Position numbers and translations under genes: made by a program. From the NCBI GenBank assembly GCA_963837955.1, contig CAWIPH010000002.1:4288001-4352000 (forward strand): 64,000 nt of DNA. The letters run 5' to 3'. Below are positions 21,821 through 32,527 of the stretch, piece after piece (positions within the stretch are counted from its first letter, which is position 1; each line of letters begins with the position of its first letter). The notes beneath the pieces are model-generated. The model saw only the letters and a program-made list of their open reading frames with translations, searched no databases and had not been told where the DNA came from. Source of the DNA: an uncultured Verrucomicrobiae bacterium. GTDB taxonomy: Bacteria; Verrucomicrobiota; Verrucomicrobiia; Chthoniobacterales; JAFAMB01.

Positions 21821-23401
21821 ATGAGTTCCGGCCAAGTTTTTTCCCATTCTCGAATCGCCATTCTGGATTTCGGATCTCAGTACACCCAGGTCATTGCCCG
21901 ACGGGTTCGTGAAAGCCGCGTCTATTCAGAAATTCTGCCACATCAGTCTCCCGCAAAGCGCCTCAGTACGGGTGGTTTTGCCGGAGTCATCCTTTCGGGT
22001 GGCCCGGCGAGTGTTTTTTCTCCCGGTGCGCCTCAGCTGGACCCGGCAATCTTCTCGCTAGGAATTCCAATTCTCGGCATTTGTTACGGTGTCCATCTCA
22101 TGGCCTTCCACCTTGGCGGATCGGTCGAATTTTCCGGTCGTCGGGAATACGGGGCCGGAATTATTAAGATCGTTAGCAGATCCGATCTCTTCCAAAGTTT
22201 GCCTAACGAATTTCAAGTCTGGAACAGTCACGGAGACAAGGTGACCTCGCTTCCGCCCGGATTTCATACCGTCGGGACCACCGAAAATTCTCCTTACGCC
22301 GCCGTGGAAGATGCAGGTAGGCGATTATTTGGAATACAGTTTCACCCGGAAGTTGCTCATACTCCACTCGGCAAGGAAGTGCTCGAAAACTTTCTGTATC
22401 GGATTTGCGGCTGCAAACCGGATTGGACGATGGGATCGTTTATCGAAGAGAGCTGCCGCGAAATCCGCCAGAAAGTGCAAGACGACAAGGTGGTACTCGG
22501 TCTCTCCGGCGGTGTCGATTCGTCCGTAGCGGCTGCTTTGATCCACCGCGCGATTGGCGACCAGTTAACCTGCATTTTCGTTAACAACGGCCTACTCCGA
22601 GCGCGGGAGGCCGAGTCGGTTCAAAAGTTTTTCGGAGAAAACTTTCGCATACGTTTGAAATACGTCGACGCAAGCCGCCGTTTCCTCGACCGGTTAACTG
22701 GGATCACCGACCCTGAGCAAAAACGGAAGATTATCGGCGAAGAATTCATTCGGGTGTTCGAAGCAACTACCCAAGAACTTACGGCCGAGAACGAGCAAGG
22801 CCATCGGTACCGATATCTTGCCCAAGGAACACTTTACCCGGATGTGATTGAAAGTGTTGCCATCGACGGCAATCCAGCCGCCGTGATCAAGAGCCACCAC
22901 AACGTAGGTGGATTGCCGGAGAAAATGCATTTCGACCTGCTCGAGCCTTTGCGCCAACTCTTCAAAGATGAAGTGCGTCAGGTCGGGCTTGAATTGGAGT
23001 TGCCAAAGGAGATCGTTTTTCGCCAACCCTTTCCAGGCCCCGGGCTCGCGGTGCGAGTGCTGGGCGAGGTTACCGAGGAACGGCTCGCAATCCTGCGACA
23101 AGCCGATGAGATCGTGGTCAGCGAGATGAAGGCCGCGGACTGGTACTACAAGGTATGGCAATCATTTGCAGTCCTTTTGCCGGTTCGGTCGGTGGGCGTC
23201 ATGGGCGACCAGCGTACCTACGAAAACACGATTGCTCTTCGGATCGTCGAGAGTCTAGACGGCATGACCGCCGATTGGGTCCGGATACCGTTTGAAATCC
23301 TAGCTCGGATCTCCAGTCGGATTAGCAACGAGGTAACTGGGGTAAATCGTGTCTGTTACGATATCTCCAGCAAACCGCCGAGCACCATCGAGTGGGAGTG
23401 A
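21821..23401 (+). CDS. guaA: GMP synthase (glutamine-hydrolysing)
   Basis: [34 protein letters not shown] and KPPSTIEWE motifs. Confidence 0.98.
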   Translation: MSSGQVFSHSRIAILDFGSQYTQVIARRVRESRVYSEILPHQSPAKRLSTGGFAGVILSGGPASVFSPGAPQLDPAIFSLGIPILGICYGVHLMAFHLGGSVEFSGRREYGAGIIKIVSRSDLFQSLPNEFQVWNSHGDKVTSLPPGFHTVGTTENSPYAAVEDAGRRLFGIQFHPEVAHTPLGKEVLENFLYRICGCKPDWTMGSFIEESCREIRQKVQDDKVVLGLSGGVDSSVAAALIHRAIGDQLTCIFVNNGLLRAREAESVQKFFGENFRIRLKYVDASRRFLDRLTGITDPEQKRKIIGEEFIRVFEATTQELTAENEQGHRYRYLAQGTLYPDVIESVAIDGNPAAVIKSHHNVGGLPEKMHFDLLEPLRQLFKDEVRQVGLELELPKEIVFRQPFPGPGLAVRVLGEVTEERLAILRQADEIVVSEMKAADWYYKVWQSFAVLLPVRSVGVMGDQRTYENTIALRIVESLDGMTADWVRIPFEILARISSRISNEVTGVNRVCYDISSKPPSTIEWE

Positions 23402-23469
23402 GCGGGCCGAGTAAGCGGCAAACGGTAAACGGTAAGCAGTAAGGAGGGAGCCGGACGCCAGGACCGGAT

Positions 23470-23559
23470 ACGCCGAAGGCGTTAAAGGACTCAGCCCGGG
23501 GTGGAGGCTTTGCGCAACCCCGGGTAACCCCAAAAATGCGCGTCCGCTCTGAAAGAGCG
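23470..23559. repeat. triple-hairpin REP-like element
   Basis: acgcc-gaa-ggcgt (23470-23482), cccggggt...accccggg (23495-23524), cgctct-gaa-agagcg (23545-23559). Confidence 0.65.
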
Positions 23560-23703
23560 TAAGCCCCGATTACGAGTTCTTAGCGACGCTCACTGTCGGC
23601 CGCCTAGCGGCTCGCAATAGTTCCCCTGGACACAGGGCGGAGATCAAGCGACCAATCGTGCTTGGTCTTCTAGCTTCTATATTCTAAATTCCGGATCCCT
23701 CCC

Positions 23704-24210
23704 ATGCGCCGCGCTATTTACCCTGGAAGTTTCGACCCCATTACCAATGGACACCTAGACGTCATCCAGCGAGCTACTCATCTGTTCGATGAGCTTGTAG
23801 TGGCCGTCGCGCTGAACGACCAAAAACATAAGTCATTTCTATTCAGCCTGGAGGAGCGCTTCTCGATCCTGCAAGAAGTTTGCCAGGAAATTCCCAGCGT
23901 TCGAATCGCGAAACTGGAGGGTCTACTAGTCGATTTCGCTCGTGATCACGGCGCGTCGGCCATCGTGCGGGGAATTCGCGCCGTTTCTGATTTTGAGTTC
24001 GAGTTTCAAATGGCGTTGATGAATCGCAAGATGGAGCCAACCATCGAAACGATTTTTCTAATGCCCAAAGAGGACTATTCCTATCTTAGCTCCCGCATCG
24101 TGAAAGAAATAGCGAGGCTCGGTGGCGATGTTTCCGCCTTTGTGCCAGCCTGTGTGGTCCCGGCTCTTCTTCGTCGTTTTTCTGATCCTGACTGCGCCGA
24201 ATCGTCATAG
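23704..24210 (+). CDS. coaD: pantetheine-phosphate adenylyltransferase
   Basis: YPGSFDPITNGHLD, RGIRAVSDFEFE and SSRIVKE motifs. Confidence 0.97.
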   Translation: MRRAIYPGSFDPITNGHLDVIQRATHLFDELVVAVALNDQKHKSFLFSLEERFSILQEVCQEIPSVRIAKLEGLLVDFARDHGASAIVRGIRAVSDFEFEFQMALMNRKMEPTIETIFLMPKEDYSYLSSRIVKEIARLGGDVSAFVPACVVPALLRRFSDPDCAESS

Positions 24211-24353
24211 CGAAGTCCCCTCAGAGTTATTCTCCGTCCTCCAATCGGATTGGAAATGCTTTTGGATTGATCTTAGACTAAAGGAAGGCAAATCCTCTGG
24301 CATCCCCAGAAGCGTTCTTTTTTGAAGCCCAGCGAACAAGGGAGGAGTAGATC

Positions 24354-24815
24354 ATGAAAATTCATTTGCAGCAGATCCCGGAAAGCGGAGTTCACCTAGA
24401 AGGTCAGGAACCGGGCGATATCCTCGAACTGAATGATCCCGCAATCCTGCGGCTCCAAAATGTGGCCTATGCGGTCTCTGTTCATCTCGAGAAAAATGAC
24501 GTTCTGGTGACAGGTCAGCTTTCTATCGAACTTGAACTCGAGTGCGTCAGCTGCCTTCGTCCATTCCACTATTTATTGAAGGTGCCAGATTTTGTCTATC
24601 AGACAGCGACGGCCGGAAGTGATACCATCGACTTGACGCCGGCCATGAGGGAGGATATTCTCCTCGCCCTTCCTTCGCATCCACGATGCGACTGGGACGG
24701 ACATTCGGTGTGTCCAGGTCTCCGGGTTGAGAAGGGAACCTCGATCGAAAGTATTCCTGAAGCTCCGAACGCTTGGGATGCTCTAGACGAACTAAATTTG
24801 AAAAAACGAAGCTAA
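24354..24815 (+). CDS. YceD/DUF177 family protein
   Basis: CVSCL and IDL...REDILLALP..PRC...C.G motifs; directly upstream of rpmF. Confidence 0.88.
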   Translation: MKIHLQQIPESGVHLEGQEPGDILELNDPAILRLQNVAYAVSVHLEKNDVLVTGQLSIELELECVSCLRPFHYLLKVPDFVYQTATAGSDTIDLTPAMREDILLALPSHPRCDWDGHSVCPGLRVEKGTSIESIPEAPNAWDALDELNLKKRS

Positions 24816-24820
24816 AGATC

Positions 24821-25003
24821 ATGGGCGTCCCGAAAAGAAAAACCTCGAAGATGCGTTTGCGTACGCGCAAAGCGGCAAACCGCTGGCATGCGCCGCAACT
24901 CACCAAATGTCCTCAGTGCGGCAGCCGAGTCCGCGGGCACATTGCTTGTCCCTCCTGCGGTTACTATCGCGGCCGCCAAGTTCTGTCAGTTGAAGTCGCT
25001 TGA
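24821..25003 (+). CDS. rpmF: 50S ribosomal protein L32
   Basis: MGVPKRKTSK...CPQCG...HIACPSCGYYRGR, zinc-ribbon form. Confidence 0.97.
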   Translation: MGVPKRKTSKMRLRTRKAANRWHAPQLTKCPQCGSRVRGHIACPSCGYYRGRQVLSVEVA

Positions 25004-25348
25004 GGTCCGGATTCGCGTCAGCTAGCGCGATGAAGAGCCGATGATTCGGAGTGGCGTTGGTTCCGACTTCGCCAGTTTGTTTGCGATTATCTAAGGATTG
25101 GAAGAGCCTTCGACGGGACATCTGGGGGACCGGGTATGGCCCATCGTTCAGCCAGGGATCGAGGCCTTGGATTCGCCGGCTCTTTTCGATCCTGGGTTAT
25201 TCCCGGAAGCCGCCAGCAGCTCTCCTCCGTGCGTCTTCCCTCGGTCCGTCGCAGATCCACGTTCCAATTTCCAGTTGATACCGAGTTTGTCTTGCATTAA
25301 TCACCCGTTCAGGCTCTTTACCCGGCCTTGAGACGAATTTTGCGCGCT

Positions 25349-26380
25349 ATGAGGATCGCTTTAGATGCCATGGGCGGTGACTTTGCCCCAAAAAATAACG
25401 TCGAAGGAGCAGTTCTTGCTTTAAAGGAATATCCGCACGTCGAAAAACTTTTCCTGGTTGGAGATGCTATGGCCATCGGGAACGAACTGAAGCGGATCGG
25501 ATTTCAGGACGATCGAATCGAAATTTTCCACGCTTCGCAGGTTGTCGAGATGAACGATTCGGCAGCTAAAGCCGTTCGCCAGAAAAAGGACTCTTCAATT
25601 TCACGCTCGATCGATTTGGTGAAGAACGGTTCGGCGCATGCGATGGTATCCGCCGGCCACACCGGTGCAGCAGTTGCGGCTTCTGTATTAAAGCTCAGAA
25701 CGTTGACCGGCATTGAGCGTCCCGCCGTAGCCTGTTTGCTCCCAACCGAGAAAGGCGTGTTCGTATTGTGCGACGCCGGAGCCAATATCGATTCGTCTCC
25801 CGAGAACTTGCTACAGTTTGGGATTATGGGCGCCGTCTTTGCCGAACAGGTACTCGGGTTCAAGCGCCCGACCGTTGGGCTTCTCTCCATTGGGGAAGAA
25901 GACGTCAAAGGGAACGATGCGACCAAGGAGGCTTTTAAGCTCTTGAAGTCCGCCAACCTTAATTTCCGCGGCAATGTCGAAGGCCATGACCTGTATGAGG
26001 ATGGAGCAGAAGTCGTCGTGTGCGATGGCTTTGTTGGCAATATCGTCCTGAAGACTTCTGAGTCGATTGCCTACGCGATTTTTGGCTGGTTGCGGCGAGA
26101 ACTAGCCAGAACTTTCGTGCGGAAGCTTGGAGCCCAGTTAGCCCGCGGAGCTTTCCGAACCATCTACAAGAAGACCAATGCGGAGGAATACGGTGGCATG
26201 CCGCTCCTCGGCGTGAACGGAACTTGTATTATCGCTCATGGATCCAGCTCACCTGTGGCCATCAAAAACGCGATCCGCGTCGCCGCTGAGTCGATTCAAC
26301 ACGATTTGAATCCGCACATCATTCGCGAAATCCAAGCTTATAATGACAAGTTCGCCACCGCCGCCTCGACGGTCCAGTAA
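25349..26380 (+). CDS. plsX: phosphate acyltransferase PlsX
   Basis: IALDAMGGD, SAGHTGA, GNVEG, DGFVGN and AHGSS motifs; start at ATG 25349. Confidence 0.97.
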   Translation: MRIALDAMGGDFAPKNNVEGAVLALKEYPHVEKLFLVGDAMAIGNELKRIGFQDDRIEIFHASQVVEMNDSAAKAVRQKKDSSISRSIDLVKNGSAHAMVSAGHTGAAVAASVLKLRTLTGIERPAVACLLPTEKGVFVLCDAGANIDSSPENLLQFGIMGAVFAEQVLGFKRPTVGLLSIGEEDVKGNDATKEAFKLLKSANLNFRGNVEGHDLYEDGAEVVVCDGFVGNIVLKTSESIAYAIFGWLRRELARTFVRKLGAQLARGAFRTIYKKTNAEEYGGMPLLGVNGTCIIAHGSSSPVAIKNAIRVAAESIQHDLNPHIIREIQAYNDKFATAASTVQ

Positions 26381-27365
26381 GCCACGCCGGACCGTCTCGA
26401 TCATCGGTACAGGTAGCTACGCGCCTGCCCGGGTGTTAACCAATCAGGAGTTGGAGAAAATGGTCGATACGACCGATGAGTGGATCCGAACTCGGACTGG
26501 CATTTCCGAGCGACGCATTGCGGCTGAGGGAGAATGTACGAGCGATATGGCCGTCCGGGCTGCTCGCGCGGCTATGGAACAAGCCGAAGTCCATCCGGAA
26601 GAGATCGATCTCATTATCGTCGCTACGGTGACCCCTGATACGTTTTTCCCGGCTACGGCTTGCTGGGTTCAGAAGAAATTAGGCGCATTGAATGCAGCCT
26701 GTTTCGATGTGTCCGCTGCTTGTTCCGGGTTTTTATATTCTTTGGAGATCGCCCAGCAATTTATCTCCACCCACGTTTACAATACCGTCTTGATCGTCGG
26801 AGCGGACAAGCTCAGCGCAATTACGGATTGGACCGACCGTAATAGTTGCGTACTTTTCGGTGACGGCGCCGGGGCGGCCATCCTTCGAAATCGTCCCGAT
26901 TCCCACGGAGTTATTTCCACAAACATGGGTAGCGACGGGTCGTTTACCGACATCCTGATGATGCCGGGCGGCGGAACCCGCTGCCCAATCACCAAAGAGA
27001 ACGTCGACCAGCGTCTTAACACTATCAAGATGATCGGCAAGGAAGTCTATAAACAGGCCGTGACTTCCATGTTCAACGCCGCCAACAAGGTTTTGGACGA
27101 CGCGGGTCTCCGCTACGAAGACATTGCCTGCGTCATTCCCCATCAGGCAAACCTTCGGATAATCGAGGCGATCGCGGAGCGAATGGGACTTCCGATGGAG
27201 AAGTTTTATGTTAACCTCGATCGGTTCGGCAACACTTCGGCTGCCGCGGTCGCGATGGCTCTCGACGAAGCCCATCGTACCGGCCGGATTCGGGTTGGCG
27301 ACTATATTCTCCTAGTCGTCTTCGGTGGTGGTCTCACCTGGGCTAGTTCCGTGATTCAGTGGTGA
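26343..27365 (+). CDS. fabH: 3-oxoacyl-ACP synthase III
   Basis: AACSGF, FGDGAGA, PHQANLRI and GNTSAA catalytic motifs. Confidence 0.97.
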   Translation: MTSSPPPPRRSSKPRRTVSIIGTGSYAPARVLTNQELEKMVDTTDEWIRTRTGISERRIAAEGECTSDMAVRAARAAMEQAEVHPEEIDLIIVATVTPDTFFPATACWVQKKLGALNAACFDVSAACSGFLYSLEIAQQFISTHVYNTVLIVGADKLSAITDWTDRNSCVLFGDGAGAAILRNRPDSHGVISTNMGSDGSFTDILMMPGGGTRCPITKENVDQRLNTIKMIGKEVYKQAVTSMFNAANKVLDDAGLRYEDIACVIPHQANLRIIEAIAERMGLPMEKFYVNLDRFGNTSAAAVAMALDEAHRTGRIRVGDYILLVVFGGGLTWASSVIQW

Positions 27366-27617
27366 GGCGGTTTAGCGTCCGCAGTTCGTAGTCGCGCGTT
27401 TTCCATAGTCGAAAAACTACGACGTTCGCCGCGAGAGGCTGGGCGGTCTTGTTCGGCATTTTACTTTTGGCCACCGGTTTGACCGATGACCTGCAAAACG
27501 CCAGGATGGCTGAGCTTACCCTTCACCGCATTGCCGAAGGGCCCGTAATAGAGCCAAAGGGAAACCCTCTAGACAAGTGACCAGCAACAGCGAACCGTGA
27601 ACGGCGAACCGCCAACC

Positions 27618-28472
27618 GTGAACACGTTAATCGACACCCATGCACATTTAGACTTTCCGGAACTTGTGCCTGATCTTGACGACGTCGTCAAAAGAGCGGC
27701 AGCTGCGAACGTTACGCGTATCATCGCCATTGGAACGACAGTGGCGTCCAGCCGGGAAGCCGTCCGAATCGCGACCCGATATCCCGGCGTCTATGCCACA
27801 GTCGGGATTCATCCGACTCATGCCCTAGAAGTCTCGGAGGACTTCATCGATGAACTTCGAGAGCTAGCCGCCCAACCGAAGGTGGTTGCGATCGGCGAAA
27901 TTGGCTTGGACTATTTTCATCTCCCGAGCCGCGCCGAAAAAGAGGACGTGATTCAAACCGCCTATCGCGCACTTTCCGCCGGTTCGATCGAACTGTTGCT
28001 CCGCGACCAATCGGAAAAAGCGGCCCAAGCAGTGGTTTTCCAGCAACAGCTGGAGTTGGCGGAAAGTTTGGATCTCCCTGTGGTAATTCACCAACGTGAT
28101 TCCTTCGAGGATACGCTCTCTGCTGTCCAGGAGTATCCGGTATCCGCCGTGTTTCATTGTTTCAACGCCAGTCCTGCCCAGGCACTCGATTTGGTCCAAC
28201 AAGGTTATTATATCTCGTTCACCGGTGTCGTGACGTTCAAAAAAGCCGCCGAAGTGCGTGACGCTGCCGCCGCGATCTCCATCGATCGCCTGATGGTAGA
28301 AACCGACGCGCCTTATCTTGCGCCTGTTCCATACCGTGGAAAACGGTGCGAGCCCGCTTATGTGCGAGAGACCGCACAAGCAATCGCCCAAGCCCGAGGC
28401 GTTCCATTCGAGTCGTTAGCGGAAGCGACAACCCGGAACGCATGTCGTTTCTTCAGGCTTCCGGTCGAATAA
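27618..28472 (+). CDS. tatD: TatD family nuclease/hydrolase
   Basis: DTHAH, GIHP, GEIGLDY, FHCF and ETDAPYLAP motifs; start uncertain (GTG 27618 or 27597). Confidence 0.93.
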   Translation: MNTLIDTHAHLDFPELVPDLDDVVKRAAAANVTRIIAIGTTVASSREAVRIATRYPGVYATVGIHPTHALEVSEDFIDELRELAAQPKVVAIGEIGLDYFHLPSRAEKEDVIQTAYRALSAGSIELLLRDQSEKAAQAVVFQQQLELAESLDLPVVIHQRDSFEDTLSAVQEYPVSAVFHCFNASPAQALDLVQQGYYISFTGVVTFKKAAEVRDAAAAISIDRLMVETDAPYLAPVPYRGKRCEPAYVRETAQAIAQARGVPFESLAEATTRNACRFFRLPVE

Positions 28473-28596
28473 GCCGCGAATCGGGATGCCCGATTTTTCT
28501 CGATCCCATAGGACCCATAAGTCTTATGCGACCTAGGCCCCAAATGGAACGCCGCTGGACCTTGCCGTTGGCGCAAAATCCGGGTTAGTGTGGTTC

Positions 28597-29061
28597 ATGG
28601 TCAAGATAGAGATTGATTACCAGGGCCAGCTCCTAACTGCAGTCACTCACGCTCCATCTGGAACAAAATTTGCCACCGACGCTCCTCTCGATAACGGCGG
28701 CAGAGCCTCTTCATTTTCTCCAACTGACCTCGTTGCAGCCGCCCTCGGAAGTTGTATGGCGACAATCATGGGTATTTTCGCCGCGCGTCACGCGATCCCT
28801 CTGGAAAATACCAGAATCGAGGTGTTGAAAACGATGGTCCAACAGCCCATACGCAGAATCGGCGAGCTCAAGGTAGATATTTATTTACCTCTCGCGGCCA
28901 ATCATCCTCAACGGATTGGATTGGAAAACGCCGCGTTGACCTGTCCGGTCCACCAGAGTCTTCATCCGGACGTCAAGATTCCGGTGATCTTTCATTGGCT
29001 AGCCGAAAACAATCCCGAGTCAGTGCTCACGGCTGAATCGGTTAATGCATTGGGTAGGTGA
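28597..29061 (+). CDS. OsmC family protein
   Basis: TDAP..NGG...FSPTDL.AAALGSC and CPVH motifs. Confidence 0.9.
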   Translation: MVKIEIDYQGQLLTAVTHAPSGTKFATDAPLDNGGRASSFSPTDLVAAALGSCMATIMGIFAARHAIPLENTRIEVLKTMVQQPIRRIGELKVDIYLPLAANHPQRIGLENAALTCPVHQSLHPDVKIPVIFHWLAENNPESVLTAESVNALGR

Positions 29062-29471
29062 CCGGGCTGGTACGAAGGAGCACAAATGTTCAAACTCGAT
29101 AAGTTTGCGGCGTCAAAAGCTCCAGCCGGCCTTTCAGTCCCTTTGGTGAGCCGCACATCTGAGAATTCCTATCCGATGAGTGATTAGTGACAGCTGTTTC
29201 GCGTCGCTGAAAATAGGTCAGACGCCTGCTTCTATTTTTCCGAGCGCACCAATTGGTCCTTCGATTGGCGATCGGTTATCTAATCGCTTTCCCCTGGAAC
29301 AACGGCCGTCCTCAAAAACGACACAAAAAAGGCGCTTGAAACACCGCAAAACCTGCCGTAGCCGATACTGACTTCTTTTCGTTCGAGGTAATTGTCAGCA
29401 GTCTAGGCTCGTTGACGATGGAGTCCGGATTGGACTGCTTGCTCGAGGAGGCGTCCTGAAGAACTCACAAT

Positions 29472-29819
29472 ATGTCAGCTAAACTATACGTAGGAAATCT
29501 TTCCTTCGCTACGACTGAACTCGATCTGCAGGATCTGTTTGGCCAGGTTGGAACGGTCGTTGATGTCAAAATTATCCAGGACAAATTCACCGGAAAATCT
29601 CGGGGGTTTGGTTTTGTAACCATGGAATCGAATGAGCAAGCCACCGAAGCGATCGGCAAATTCAATGGCTACTCGCTCGATAATCGCCAGCTAACCGTGA
29701 ATGAGGCCCGTCCTCCAGAACCACGGCAGGACCGCTTTTACACTAACGAACCCTCTTCCCGCGGAGGTGGGGGCAAAGACAATCGACGCGGACGGGATCG
29801 CGATTTCCGCCGCCGCTAA
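29472..29819 (+). CDS. RRM-domain RNA-binding protein
   Basis: RNP2 LYVGNL, RNP1 RGFGFVTM, VNEARP, and a G/R-rich tail. Confidence 0.95.
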   Translation: MSAKLYVGNLSFATTELDLQDLFGQVGTVVDVKIIQDKFTGKSRGFGFVTMESNEQATEAIGKFNGYSLDNRQLTVNEARPPEPRQDRFYTNEPSSRGGGGKDNRRGRDRDFRRR

Positions 29820-29880
29820 GATCCAGCCGACCCATTCATACTCTTCGTATAGCGTAGTCAATCAGAGACGAGCCGTCTGA

Positions 29881-30933
29881 CTAACCAGGCGGCTCCGCCG
29901 ATTTTGGCCTTTCGGATAGTCGTCTTAAAATTTCCCGAATAAGGCTGGGACCGCGATAAATGAGACCGGTGTAGATCTGCACCAGGTCGGCACCCGCGTC
30001 TAGCCGGCGGACCGCTTCGTCCGCGCTCATGATTCCGCCTACTGAAATGACGGGGAGCTTGGATCGCTGTTTGACGAACTCCAGGACTTCCACTGCTCGG
30101 CGCTGCAGCGGTGTTCCGCTTAAGCCTCCTTCCGTCCGCAATCGCTCAGGAATAGAGCTATGATCGATCGTTGTATTGGTTGCAATCACGCCCCCTAATT
30201 GATGTCGCTCGGCTATTTCCAGGACATCTTCGATTTGCTGCCAATCTAGGTCGGGAGCAATCTTGACCAATAGCGGTTTTCCATTTGCCTCAGCGTGGAC
30301 GACCGAAAACAGCTCCTCGATAGCCTCGCGGTGTTGCAATAGGCGCAAGCCAGGTGTGTTTGGCGAGCTCACGTTCAAGGCAAAATAATCGCCGAGATGC
30401 GATAGAGTGTGAAATGCTCGGCGGTAATCTTCCGCGGCGGCCTCCAACGGTGTAGTTTTCGATTTTCCCAGGTTTATTCCGATCGGAATGTTCGGCCAGC
30501 GCCCTCCCCTCTTTAGTGCCTCCAAACGCAACGCAATGCGTTCCGCTCCTTCGTTGTTGAATCCCAATCGATTTATTAATGCCTCGCTCTCCGGAATTCG
30601 GAATATTCGTGGCTTAGGATTTCCATCCTGCTGATGCGAAGTGATAGTGCCGACTTCGGCGAAGCCAAATCCCAATCCGGCCCACGCCGGTAAGGCTACC
30701 GCATTCTTATCCAATCCCGCTGCTAATCCGATTGGATTGGGGAAATGAAGACCAAAGAGATCCTTACCGGTACCCTGCTCCGCCCGGGTCGGGATAAAAC
30801 GCCAAACCCAGGGGGCCAGTGAAGAGAATTCAAGCAACCTGATCGCCAAATGATGTGCGGTCTCTGGATCGATCAGAAAGAGCAGAGGTCGCAATAAACG
30901 TTCGTAGATCAAGCCCATCCGAAACGTGGTCAT
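29881..30933 (-). CDS. pyrD: quinone-dependent dihydroorotate dehydrogenase
   Basis: GLAAGLDKN, NRLGFNN, NVSSPNTPGLR, KIAPD, GGLSG and QIYTG motifs. Confidence 0.96.
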   Translation of the reverse strand: MTTFRMGLIYERLLRPLLFLIDPETAHHLAIRLLEFSSLAPWVWRFIPTRAEQGTGKDLFGLHFPNPIGLAAGLDKNAVALPAWAGLGFGFAEVGTITSHQQDGNPKPRIFRIPESEALINRLGFNNEGAERIALRLEALKRGGRWPNIPIGINLGKSKTTPLEAAAEDYRRAFHTLSHLGDYFALNVSSPNTPGLRLLQHREAIEELFSVVHAEANGKPLLVKIAPDLDWQQIEDVLEIAERHQLGGVIATNTTIDHSSIPERLRTEGGLSGTPLQRRAVEVLEFVKQRSKLPVISVGGIMSADEAVRRLDAGADLVQIYTGLIYRGPSLIREILRRLSERPKSAEPPG

Positions 30934-32258
30934 TTTCCGATGCAGAATTCGCTAAAAATTTTCCCGAGCAAATCTTCGGTGTCATGCTTGCCGACAACAT
31001 CGCCGATTCCATCGAGCGCAGTACGCAAGTCGACCGCTAGAAGCTCAGGCAACTCATTGCGCGTAATCCCTTCAATTGATTTTCTCACCGCTTGATCAGC
31101 CTGCCGCAGACAAGCCTGATGGCGAGCGCTGATGGCAATATGGGAATCTTGCAGCACCAGATCCCCACCCATTACGCGTTTTTGAATTTCGTCCTCCAAT
31201 GCATCGCGGCCAAAGTCTGTCTTACAAGAGAATCGAATTCCCTCTTTCCAGTCGGAATGAAGCCCGAGATCGACCTTATTTAAGATCAGCAGCCGCTTCT
31301 TGTCTGATGGAATGTCCTCCGTTCGCGGTCGGCTTGCATCAACGATATGGAGGATAAGATCAGCTTGCTCCAACTCAATATGAGTGCGCCGAATGCCTTC
31401 TTGTTCTAATCGGTCGCGCGACTCGCGTGCTCCGGCGGTGTCGATCAGACGGACCGGAATGCCATGGAAGTTGATTGTATCTTCGATGGTGTCGCGAGTC
31501 GTACCGGCAATCTCGCTTACAATGGCGCGGTCATAACCAAGTAGCAGATTCAATAAACTTGATTTCCCCACGTTCGGTTCGCCGTAGATGACGGTCCGCA
31601 AGCCATGTCGCAAAATGCGCCCCTGCTCAGCCGTACCCAGTAAGCGCTGCAAGCGTGCCGCAATATCCTTCAACCGCTCGCTCAGTGCAGCGCCGGTGTC
31701 AGGGTCTATTTGTTCATCGGGAAAATCGATATAGGCCTCGACGTGTGCGAGCGTCGTCAAAAGTCCGTCTTGTAGTTGGTGAAGCTCCGACCCGAGACGA
31801 CCCGCAAGTTGCTCGTTCGCCGCGCGCAGAGCCAATTCGGTCTGGGCATGAATGAGATCCATCACCGCCTCGGCCTGCGTCAAATCCATCTTTCCGTTCA
31901 AGAAAGCGCGCTGAGTGAATTCTCCTGGTTCGGCCGACCTAGCGCCATGCCGCAATAACAGCGCCAGAATTTGACGCGTTACCAGAATCCCGCCGTGGCA
32001 ACTCAGTTCAATGAGGTCTTGGCCAGTGTAACTATGCGGAGCTGCGAAGTACGTCGCCAAAACTTGGTCAATTTTTCCGTATTCATTGGACACTTCACCG
32101 AGATAGAGCCGCCGCGGCTCCCATTCCGCAACGCTGGTACTCCCACGGAAGATGCGACTCACAATGCCTTTAGCCTCGCTTCCGGAAAGGCGGAGCACGG
32201 CAATGGCCCCCTCACCGACCGGGGTGGAGACTGCCGCAATCGTATCTTCGAGGGTCAT
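30930..32258 (-). CDS. mnmE: tRNA modification GTPase MnmE
   Basis: [38 protein letters not shown] and terminal FCIGK; start at ATG 32258. Confidence 0.97.
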   Translation of the reverse strand: MTLEDTIAAVSTPVGEGAIAVLRLSGSEAKGIVSRIFRGSTSVAEWEPRRLYLGEVSNEYGKIDQVLATYFAAPHSYTGQDLIELSCHGGILVTRQILALLLRHGARSAEPGEFTQRAFLNGKMDLTQAEAVMDLIHAQTELALRAANEQLAGRLGSELHQLQDGLLTTLAHVEAYIDFPDEQIDPDTGAALSERLKDIAARLQRLLGTAEQGRILRHGLRTVIYGEPNVGKSSLLNLLLGYDRAIVSEIAGTTRDTIEDTINFHGIPVRLIDTAGARESRDRLEQEGIRRTHIELEQADLILHIVDASRPRTEDIPSDKKRLLILNKVDLGLHSDWKEGIRFSCKTDFGRDALEDEIQKRVMGGDLVLQDSHIAISARHQACLRQADQAVRKSIEGITRNELPELLAVDLRTALDGIGDVVGKHDTEDLLGKIFSEFCIGK

Positions 32259-32527
32259 CGAGCTAATAAACCACAAATCATACGGAAACAGATCTAGCCT
32301 AGATTTCGGCCTTTCACAGATTGGGTTAAACCACGGGCCTACGGAGGGGAGACGTTGCGCCTCCCGGGAATTATCCATGATAGAGCTACGTCTATCGATT
32401 CTAGCGTCGGATTCAGCGGGCGGCTGGATCACTCCCGGGCGTCGCAAGCAACGCCCCTCCGTACGGTTGGGCAAACAACAACCGATGACACAGACACGGC
32501 CGGTCCGAGAAAATGTCTTTCTTTCCT

